Positions 9,049 through 16,278 of a stretch of DNA of 64,000 nt are shown in pieces. Each line of letters opens with the position of its first letter. The first letter of the stretch is position 1. Position numbers and translations under genes: made by a program. Source of the stretch: an uncultured Ignavibacteriales bacterium (lineage in GTDB: Bacteria; Zixibacteria; MSB-5A5; GN15; FEB-12); NCBI GenBank assembly GCA_964540105.1, contig CAZILL010000002.1, forward strand, positions 811,705 to 875,704, written 5' to 3'. A model generated the notes under the pieces. That model saw only the letters and a list, made by a program, of their open reading frames with translations. It was not told where the DNA came from and ran no database searches.

Positions 9049-10047
9049 ATGCAAGCAAATGGTCCAGTGAATAGTCGGGTCGTGCTGATCACGCTCGTGT
9101 TGTGGATTGTGCCGATGCTCATGTTTCCGCACATGTTCGGCACGGAATTGGCCAGGGATACGATGATCCATCTGGGATACGAGTTTGTGTTCTATGGATT
9201 GGTGGCCGGCATCTTCTTCCGTCGCAACACACTTATCGGTGTAGTTCAAGCGGCGGTGGCCTGTCTGGTCTATCGTATTGCTGTTGGCGCTGTCTTCGGT
9301 CTGCTGGTGGCGGTGATGTACTCGATGAACATAACGGTGACCATGACGCTCGGGATATTCAGTTATCTGCCGGCTCTCTTGCTCCACATTGTTGCGACGC
9401 CTTTTGCGCTCAGCTCAGTATTATCGTCCAGACAGTCATCCGAGCTTCGGCGCCGCAGTTCGTATCGTCCGTCGACATCGAACCCAGTTTCGACGGCCAG
9501 CCATACGTCGATCGCGATTTCCAAGGAGAAGGGGATTGTCAAGGAGACCGCTACCTCGAGAACGGCCCAGACCTTTGAAGCTTCCCGCCCACCTATCGTT
9601 GAACCCGAAAGCTCACTCTCTCCTCTACAACACTCTGAAGTGACCGGATTTGAACGGGCGACGCGGTATCTCGGAGAACATGCGGGAGTGTTCTTGGCAG
9701 TCGTGGTTGATAACGAAGGCTTGCTCCTTTCGAATTTCAAGCGGGGCACACTCAATCCCGAAGATTGGGCGCCGCTGGCGCTGCTATTCCACGACGCCAA
9801 CAGACGCATTCTCGATCGGACTCGTTTGGGAACGCCCGATCGCCTCGATCTCACGCTCAAGGATAAGCGAATCCTGATCGCGAGGGATTCAGTCTGCACG
9901 TTGATGGTTCTCGCCGAGCGGCACGCCGATGACACCCTGAGCATTCGCGCCACGCAGGCGATGGAAATGATCCGTAAATACGTCACCGATCGATTCGGTC
10001 AAAAACAGGATACTAACGCGGAGAGAATACATGTATCAAGTACTTAA
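9049..10047 (+). CDS. membrane-anchored Roadblock/LC7 domain protein
   Basis: Four hydrophobic helices occupy the first ~125 aa, followed by a Ser/Thr/Pro-rich linker. The C-terminus is Roadblock-like: LGEHAGVFLAVVVDNEGLLLSNFKRG...CTLMVLAERHADDTLSIRATQ. Its 3-prime end overlaps the next gene by 17 nt. Confidence 0.7.
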   Translation: MQANGPVNSRVVLITLVLWIVPMLMFPHMFGTELARDTMIHLGYEFVFYGLVAGIFFRRNTLIGVVQAAVACLVYRIAVGAVFGLLVAVMYSMNITVTMTLGIFSYLPALLLHIVATPFALSSVLSSRQSSELRRRSSYRPSTSNPVSTASHTSIAISKEKGIVKETATSRTAQTFEASRPPIVEPESSLSPLQHSEVTGFERATRYLGEHAGVFLAVVVDNEGLLLSNFKRGTLNPEDWAPLALLFHDANRRILDRTRLGTPDRLDLTLKDKRILIARDSVCTLMVLAERHADDTLSIRATQAMEMIRKYVTDRFGQKQDTNAERIHVSST

Positions 10048-10372
10048 TGATCTGAACAAAACGCCCGGGATCACCGGCTCGATGGTGGTTGGCAATGACG
10101 GGATCGTGATCGCAGCAGACCTCGAGGCCGGGTTTGAGAGTGAGACCGTTGGCGCTCTGGCAGCTTCCATTACGACCAATATCCAGAAATCATTGGATCG
10201 GCTGCACACGAGTCCCCTCAATCAGGTGACGATCGAAGCGGACGACGCCAAGTTGTTCTTCACGGACGCCAACATGGGGATCCTGGTGGTCACGACCGAG
10301 AAGAACGTGAACATTGGCTTGATCAGACTGGAGATCAAGAACGCCGTCGGCAGGCTAAAATCGCCTCACTAA
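10031..10372 (+). CDS. stand-alone Roadblock/LC7 domain protein (MglC-like size)
   Basis: 113 aa. LNDLNKTPGITGSMVVGNDGIVIAADLEAGFESETVGALAASI...GILVVTTEKNVNIGLIRLEIK is a full-length Roadblock pattern. Confidence 0.8.
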   Translation: MYQVLNDLNKTPGITGSMVVGNDGIVIAADLEAGFESETVGALAASITTNIQKSLDRLHTSPLNQVTIEADDAKLFFTDANMGILVVTTEKNVNIGLIRLEIKNAVGRLKSPH

Positions 10373-10404
10373 GCACAGGCAGTCATTAGCGTAGGAAAGA
10401 ACAT

Positions 10405-11448
10405 ATGGTTTCGATTAACTACTCGGCACGCGAGGTCAGCTGTAAAATTGTCTATTATGGCCCCGGATTATCCGGCAAGACCACCAACCTGCAGTACGTT
10501 CATGCGAAGGTTCCTCAGAATACTCGCGGCAAACTCATCTCACTCGCCACGGAAGCCGATCGGACTTTGTATTTTGATTTCCTTCCGATCAACATCGGGA
10601 ATATCAACGGCTTTACCGCAAAGTTCCAGCTCTACACCGTTCCTGGGCAGGTCTATTACAATGCGACCCGCAAACTCGTCTTGCGCGGTGTGGACGGTGT
10701 CGTGTTTGTCGCCGACAGTCAACCCGACAAGATGGATGAGAATCTGGAATCACTGTTGAACCTCGAAGAGAATCTGGCCGAATATGGCTATTCCGTGGAA
10801 GATCTTCCGATTGTCATCCAGTACAACAAACGGGACTTGCCCAACGTGCTCTCGGTCGATCAATTGAACGCTCAGCTCAACAAACGTGGTTGGCCCTACT
10901 ATGAAGCCTCCGCGACTATAGGAAACGGGATATTCGATACGCTGAAACTGGTGATCAAACTCGTTCTCGACAAAGCCAAGAATATCGGGGCCGCCCGCAT
11001 GCGACCGTCGGCTTCACTGGTGCCTTCGGCCGAGATACCGACCCCTCAATTCGAGCGAGTCGAGGTTCCGGCTGCGATGACATCAGAACGAATCACGCCC
11101 GCCGACAGCGGACGAGTATCGATACCGGAGCCTGTAGCCGTGGCCGCGCCAGCGCAAACGTCAACCCCCGAGCCAGCGGCCTTCCGGCCGTACCCTGGCA
11201 GCGGACGCCGCCCAAGCCCCGAACCACATCCCTATCCGCTCGAGGCTGAGTCGACAATCTCTCCGGCGCCCCGGCACACATCGGTGGTCACTGAGATGGA
11301 TGCGTTCAACCATGAAGCCGAGGAGATCGCGGAACATCGTTCATCGACTGAACCGACTCAGCCTCATATGGCTCCTTTCTTGAAGCGTCGACATGAGAAG
11401 GTTACCAAGAAACGCGGGTTCTTTGCGCGTCTCTTCGGATTGAAATAG
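10405..11448 (+). CDS. mglA: MglA-family Ras-like polarity GTPase with ~155-aa C-terminal extension
   Basis: Residues 1-192 align along their length with Myxococcus MglA as I recall it. Matching elements are INYSAREVSCKIVYYGPGLSGKTTNLQY (P-loop), ADRTLYFDFLP (switch 1), LYTVPGQVYY (the MglA-specific TVPGQ) and IQYNKRDLP. A Pro/Ala/Ser/Glu-rich tail follows, ending KKRGFFARLFGLK. Confidence 0.9.
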   Translation: MVSINYSAREVSCKIVYYGPGLSGKTTNLQYVHAKVPQNTRGKLISLATEADRTLYFDFLPINIGNINGFTAKFQLYTVPGQVYYNATRKLVLRGVDGVVFVADSQPDKMDENLESLLNLEENLAEYGYSVEDLPIVIQYNKRDLPNVLSVDQLNAQLNKRGWPYYEASATIGNGIFDTLKLVIKLVLDKAKNIGAARMRPSASLVPSAEIPTPQFERVEVPAAMTSERITPADSGRVSIPEPVAVAAPAQTSTPEPAAFRPYPGSGRRPSPEPHPYPLEAESTISPAPRHTSVVTEMDAFNHEAEEIAEHRSSTEPTQPHMAPFLKRRHEKVTKKRGFFARLFGLK

Positions 11449-11465
11449 ATAACAAGGAGGCAGAA

Positions 11466-11951
11466 ATGTCAGAAGATATACTCATCATTTATGAAGAAGA
11501 GATTAACAAGATCGATGCCCTTCTGAGTAAGATGATCAAGGGAGCCGAGGCCAAGTGCGCGCTTGTCGTGGATAAAGATGGCCATCTCATTACCCGCCAA
11601 GGATTCACCCATTCACTGGACACAACGGCTCTGGCGGCGCTTCTGGCCGGCAGCTTCGCCTCCACAAAAGAGATCGCCCGCCTTGTGGGAGAGCCCGAAT
11701 TCTCGGTGCTGTTCCACCAGGGGAAGAAAGATCACATTCACATGTCGATCGTCGGCGAACGATCCATCCTCGTCGTGATCTTTGATGACCGCACGACGAT
11801 CGGAATGGTCCGCCTCTACGCGAGGGAAACCGCTCAGGAACTGGCCGCGGTATTCGGACAGATCACCAAGAAGACGGACTCCAAGCCGGTGGTGAACACC
11901 AATTTCGCTACGGTTGCCCAAGACCGACTTGATGATATCTTTCAGGATTGA
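11466..11951 (+). CDS. mglB: MglB (Roadblock-type GAP of MglA)
   Basis: 161 aa with a strong SD (AAGGAGG) 6 nt upstream. It is collinear with Myxococcus MglB as I recall it: IYEEEINKIDALL...AKCALVVDKDGHLITRQG...LDTTALAALLAG...ILVVIFDDRTTIGMVRLYA...ITKKTDS...DDIF. Confidence 0.88.
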   Translation: MSEDILIIYEEEINKIDALLSKMIKGAEAKCALVVDKDGHLITRQGFTHSLDTTALAALLAGSFASTKEIARLVGEPEFSVLFHQGKKDHIHMSIVGERSILVVIFDDRTTIGMVRLYARETAQELAAVFGQITKKTDSKPVVNTNFATVAQDRLDDIFQD

Positions 11952-12028
11952 CCGACCCGGAATATCCGGGGGTATGGTTGGACCCATGATATCATCAGCG
12001 TACAAACAGGTCGTACAGGTCCCCTAAG

Positions 12029-13720
12029 ATGTCTGCAGAACTCGGCGCCTTGCTCGTCAGTGCTGGGAAGATCACCCAGGAACAGGCTGATAAAGCTCTA
12101 TCCATTTCCAAGGAACGGAAAGAGAAATTCGGCGCAGCTCTGGTGCAGATAGGGGCCGTGCAGTCAGAAGACGAACTCGCTTCGTTTGTCGGAAAACACC
12201 TTAAGATCGGCGCTCTTCGGCTCAGTGACATCGAAATCAACCCCGATGTCGTTAAGCTCATACCGCTTGACATAGCCCGTAAATTCAAAGTCATCGCCGT
12301 CTCCCGCGTCAACAAGACGTTACTGGTCGCGATCAGCGATCCGAACAATATCTACGTTCTCGACGCCGTTAAATTCATAACGGGTTGCACCGTCCAGCCT
12401 GTTATCTCCCCGGAAAAGGCGATTGAGAAGGCGATCGACGTTCTCTACGCCGACAGCAGCGGCCTGTCGGAAATCGTGAAGGGTCTGGAAGAGTCGGACC
12501 TCGAGGTCGTGGCCGTTGACGAAGGGCTCAATGAGACCGACCTCCTGTCGGCCATTCAAGACAAACCGCTGGTCAAGCTCGTTGATTCAATCATCGGCGA
12601 CGCCATCCGCATGGGGGCGTCTGATATTCACTTCGAAATGTATGAAAAGAAAGTTCGCGTCCGCTACCGCGTCGACGGTGATCTTCAGGAAATGGCGCCT
12701 CTGCCGTTCAAATACCGGGCAGCAATGGTCTCGCGTATCAAGATTATGGCCGACCTGGATATTTCTGAGCGTCGACTCCCGCAGGACGGGCGCATCAAGA
12801 TCAAGTTTGGTGGACGCACGGTTGATCTCCGCGTGTCGGTCTTGCCGACAATCTTCGGCGAGAAAGTTGTCATGCGAATTCTCGACCCGACGGCGCTGCG
12901 CATCGACATGACCCAACTGGGGTTCCGTGAACAGGATTTGGTACGGTTCGAGGAGAAGATCCACTCGCCGTACGGCATTGTCCTGGTGACCGGCCCAACC
13001 GGTTCAGGAAAGACCACGACCCTATACTCCGCACTTCAGCAGTTGAACACCGTGGATGTCAACATCATGACCGCGGAGGATCCGGTGGAGTTCAACTTCG
13101 ATGGTATCAATCAGGTAGCGGTTCGGCCCGACATCGGGTTGACCTTTGCGGCGGCTCTTCGGTCGTTCCTTCGGCAGGACCCGGATATCATCATGGTCGG
13201 TGAGATTCGTGACAGCGAAACGGCCGAGATCGCCATCAAAGCCGCTCTTACCGGCCACCTTGTCTTTTCAACGCTTCATACCAACGACGCACCATCATCG
13301 GTCACCCGTCTCATCGACATGGGGATTCCGTACTACCTGGTGGCCTCGGCGACCAAGCTTATCATGGCTCAGCGTATGATGCGCAAGATTTGTCAACGCT
13401 GCAAGGAAGAGATTAACCTGACTCAGGAGCAGGTAGACAGCCTCAAGGTCCCAAAAGAATCGCTGCGGAATATCAGGGCCTTTCGTGGCGTCGGGTGCAA
13501 CGATTGCGGCAATACCGGAAAGTCCGGCCGAATTGGTATCTTCGAAGTCCTCCCGATCACTCCTGCCATCGAGAACCTCATCTTGGCCAAAGCCTCCGAC
13601 TCCGATTTTCGCCGGGTCGGTATCGAGGAAGGCATGTACAGCCTACGTATGGCAGCCGTAGAGAAGATGAAGAGCGGCATGGTCTCGATAGAGGAAGTGT
13701 TCGCCATTACGACCGCCTGA
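12029..13720 (+). CDS. pilB: type IV pilus assembly ATPase PilB (GspE family)
   Basis: 563 aa. It has an N-terminal T2SSE_N-type domain, Walker A GPTGSGKTTTLYS, the Asp/His boxes (IMVGEIRDSETAEIA, TGHLVFSTLHTNDA) and a tetracysteine motif CQRC...CNDC. Confidence 0.9.
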   Translation: MSAELGALLVSAGKITQEQADKALSISKERKEKFGAALVQIGAVQSEDELASFVGKHLKIGALRLSDIEINPDVVKLIPLDIARKFKVIAVSRVNKTLLVAISDPNNIYVLDAVKFITGCTVQPVISPEKAIEKAIDVLYADSSGLSEIVKGLEESDLEVVAVDEGLNETDLLSAIQDKPLVKLVDSIIGDAIRMGASDIHFEMYEKKVRVRYRVDGDLQEMAPLPFKYRAAMVSRIKIMADLDISERRLPQDGRIKIKFGGRTVDLRVSVLPTIFGEKVVMRILDPTALRIDMTQLGFREQDLVRFEEKIHSPYGIVLVTGPTGSGKTTTLYSALQQLNTVDVNIMTAEDPVEFNFDGINQVAVRPDIGLTFAAALRSFLRQDPDIIMVGEIRDSETAEIAIKAALTGHLVFSTLHTNDAPSSVTRLIDMGIPYYLVASATKLIMAQRMMRKICQRCKEEINLTQEQVDSLKVPKESLRNIRAFRGVGCNDCGNTGKSGRIGIFEVLPITPAIENLILAKASDSDFRRVGIEEGMYSLRMAAVEKMKSGMVSIEEVFAITTA

Positions 13721-13878
13721 TCGTTCAGGCTTGTGTCTGCCATCCCTGTTATCCATCAACAGGTTATCTCTCACCCCCGACAAGTTTTCAATCAAGAATC
13801 CTCGCCCGGCGCCGATATAGTTAGGGTAAGCATTCCTGCTCGAAAACAACCGGAACCTGGCTCTGGGAGACTGTTTAT

Positions 13879-14955
13879 ATGTCGTTGCGTGAATTACTCG
13901 AACACATGGTCAAGATGGGTGCGTCGGACCTACATCTCACCGTTGGCGCCCCGCCCGTTGTGCGCGTCGACGGCCGATTGCAACGACTCAGTGGTCAGGA
14001 CTTGTTGACATCGGAGCAGATTAAGAAGCTCGCGTACTCGATGCTCAACGAGAAGCAGAAACTGAAATTCGAACAAAACTCGGAGCTTGATTTCTCTTTT
14101 GGGATTGAGCAGATGAGTCGCTTTCGCTGCAACATGTTCATGCAGAGAGGCAATGTCGCCGTCGCGATTCGCCAGATACCGTACAATATCAAGACCTTCG
14201 ACGAACTCGGGCTGCCCAAAGTTATCGCCGAGTTCAGCAAGCTCCCTCGGGGTCTCGTGCTGGTTACCGGCCCGACCGGCTCCGGTAAATCAACTACTCT
14301 GGCGGCGATCATCGACAAGGTCAACAAAGAACGTCCTGTCCATATCATCACCGTTGAGGATCCGATTGAATACCTGCACCGTCATCAGATGGCGCTGGTA
14401 AATCAGCGGGAAGTGTATTCCGACACGCAATCATTCTCCGCGGCCCTGAAGTACGCCCTTCGCGAGGATCCCGACGTGGTTCTGATTGGTGAAATGCGCG
14501 ACCTGGAAACCATCGAAGCTGCGCTCTCGATCTCCGAGACCGGGCATCTGGCTTTTGCGACACTGCACACCAACTCCTGTGCCGAGACCATCAACCGGAT
14601 CGTGGATGTCTTCCCGACGAACCAGCAGGAGCAGATTCGAGTAGCCCTCTCTTTCTCGCTTCAGGCAGTGGTATCGCAGACCCTCATTCCCAAGGTCGGC
14701 GGCGGGCGCGTGATGGCTATGGAGGTCATGGTTGCGACGCCGGCCATCCGAGCCATCATCCGCGACGATAAAGTGCACCAGGTGTATTCCATGATCCAGG
14801 CGGGACAGAAATTCGGGATGAAAACAATGAATCAGTCGCTGGCCGAACTCTACACCAGCGGCCGGATAACCATAAACGATGCGATGAGCTACAGTCACAA
14901 CACCCAGGAGCTCAGCGAGATGCTGAACCGGCAGAAGACGCCGGCGTATTCATGA
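13879..14955 (+). CDS. pilT: twitching-motility retraction ATPase PilT
   Basis: 358 aa. It carries MGASDLHLTVGAPPVVRVDG, Walker A GPTGSGKSTTLAA, VLIGEMRDLETIEAAL, TGHLAFATLHTNS and the PilT-type AIRAIIRDDK (AIRNLIRE-like) motif. Confidence 0.92.
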   Translation: MSLRELLEHMVKMGASDLHLTVGAPPVVRVDGRLQRLSGQDLLTSEQIKKLAYSMLNEKQKLKFEQNSELDFSFGIEQMSRFRCNMFMQRGNVAVAIRQIPYNIKTFDELGLPKVIAEFSKLPRGLVLVTGPTGSGKSTTLAAIIDKVNKERPVHIITVEDPIEYLHRHQMALVNQREVYSDTQSFSAALKYALREDPDVVLIGEMRDLETIEAALSISETGHLAFATLHTNSCAETINRIVDVFPTNQQEQIRVALSFSLQAVVSQTLIPKVGGGRVMAMEVMVATPAIRAIIRDDKVHQVYSMIQAGQKFGMKTMNQSLAELYTSGRITINDAMSYSHNTQELSEMLNRQKTPAYS

Positions 14956-14981
14956 TGGGTAAGCAGGAAAGGAAATAGATC

Positions 14982-16178
14982 ATGCCGGTCTTTGAATACA
15001 AGGGCAAGACCTTAGCCGGAGCCGCCGTACAGGGGACCCTGAAGGCTAACAGCAAAGGGGAACTTGAGCGCCTTCTGCGCCGAAACCGCATCCTGGTGTC
15101 GTCGATAAGCAAACGCGCTCCGGAGATAAGCATCAAGTTTGGCACAGGCATCAAGAAGGTTGAAATCTCACGCTTTACTCGCCAGTTCGCGACCATGATC
15201 GGCGCCGGTCTCCCCATGGTTCAGTGTCTCGAAATCCTTTCTTCGCAGACCGAGAATAAGGAGATGGCCAAGGTTATCGGGGCGATCAAGAGCGGCGTTC
15301 AAGGAGGCTCGACCCTCTCGGAGTCCATGGCCCGCCACCCGAAAGTCTTTGACCCGCTGTACACTAACATGGTCGAAGCGGGTGAGGTTGGGGGTGCCCT
15401 CGACGCCATCCTGATTCGGTTGGCTGTCTATCGCGAGAAGGCCGACAAGTTGATTCGCAAAGTTAAAGGGGCGATGATGTATCCGGCGGTGATCGTTGTG
15501 GTCGCCACGGGCGTTACGATCGCGATGCTGACCTTCATCGTGCCGGTCTTCGCCAAGATGTTCGCAGGTGTTGGCGCCGAACTGCCGGGTCCCACTCAGG
15601 TCGTGCTCTCTCTGTCCAATTTCCTCAAGGCCAATATTGTCTATCTCGCACTTGGGGTTATCGGGCTGGTTGTCGGCGTCGTGTACTGGAAGAAGACCCC
15701 CAGCGGAGCGCTGAATTTCGACCGCATCCTCCTTAGGATGCCGGTCCTTGGGAATCTGGTGAGAAAGTCGTCGGTCGCTCGCTTCACCCGGACTTTGAGC
15801 ACCCTGCTTGCCTCCGGCGTTTCCATCCTTGATGCTTTGGAGATTACGGCCAAGACTTCGGGTAACCTTGTCGTGGCAGCGGCAATCAACAAGTCCGTGC
15901 TGGCCATCGCCGAGGGAGAAACCATCACCGGACCGCTGAAGGAGACCGGCGTCTTCCCGCCCATGGTCATTCAGATGATCGGCGTCGGTGAGAAGACCGG
16001 TGGTCTGGACGACATGTTGAATAAGATCGCTGACTTCTACGATGAAGAAGTTAATGATGCAGTGGCTGCGCTGACCTCTGTTATCGAGCCAATAATTATT
16101 GTGCTGATGGGTATTATCATCGGCGGTATTCTGATCGCTATGTACCTGCCGATGTTCGACATTATCGGAAAGATCTGA
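14982..16178 (+). CDS. pilC: type IV pilus platform protein PilC (T2SS F family)
   Basis: 398 aa with two T2SSF repeats. Supporting motifs are RFTRQFATMIGAGLPMVQCLEIL, RFTRTLSTLLASGVSILDALEI, GEKTGGLDDML and a C-terminal LPMFDIIG. Confidence 0.92.
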   Translation: MPVFEYKGKTLAGAAVQGTLKANSKGELERLLRRNRILVSSISKRAPEISIKFGTGIKKVEISRFTRQFATMIGAGLPMVQCLEILSSQTENKEMAKVIGAIKSGVQGGSTLSESMARHPKVFDPLYTNMVEAGEVGGALDAILIRLAVYREKADKLIRKVKGAMMYPAVIVVVATGVTIAMLTFIVPVFAKMFAGVGAELPGPTQVVLSLSNFLKANIVYLALGVIGLVVGVVYWKKTPSGALNFDRILLRMPVLGNLVRKSSVARFTRTLSTLLASGVSILDALEITAKTSGNLVVAAAINKSVLAIAEGETITGPLKETGVFPPMVIQMIGVGEKTGGLDDMLNKIADFYDEEVNDAVAALTSVIEPIIIVLMGIIIGGILIAMYLPMFDIIGKI

Positions 16179-16245
16179 TCACGACGCACACTGGCTGCAA
16201 AAGCCGGTGTCAATGTCAGGGCTCTGATCAGGGATATGAATGAGA

Positions 16246-16272
16246 AAGACGGCGCCGCCCCGGTGCCGTCTT
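16246..16272 (+). terminator. strong GC-rich hairpin between pilC and the kinase gene (terminator or attenuator)
   Basis: AAGACGGCGCCG (16246-16257), a CCC loop, then CGGTGCCGTCTT (16261-16272). This gives a 12-bp stem with one G-U pair. It is followed by AGTTTTA and then ATG 16279. Confidence 0.5.
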
Positions 16273-16278
16273 AGTTTT

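Noticed and set aside
12029-12200. Possible MshEN-type c-di-GMP-binding motifs in the PilB N-terminus (ELGALLVSAGKITQEQADKALS; KFGAALVQIGAVQSEDELASFV)
   Set aside because: The spacing and the flanking Arg/Gln positions of the 24-residue MshEN consensus are not satisfied convincingly by eye. This needs an HMM or structure check before any claim.
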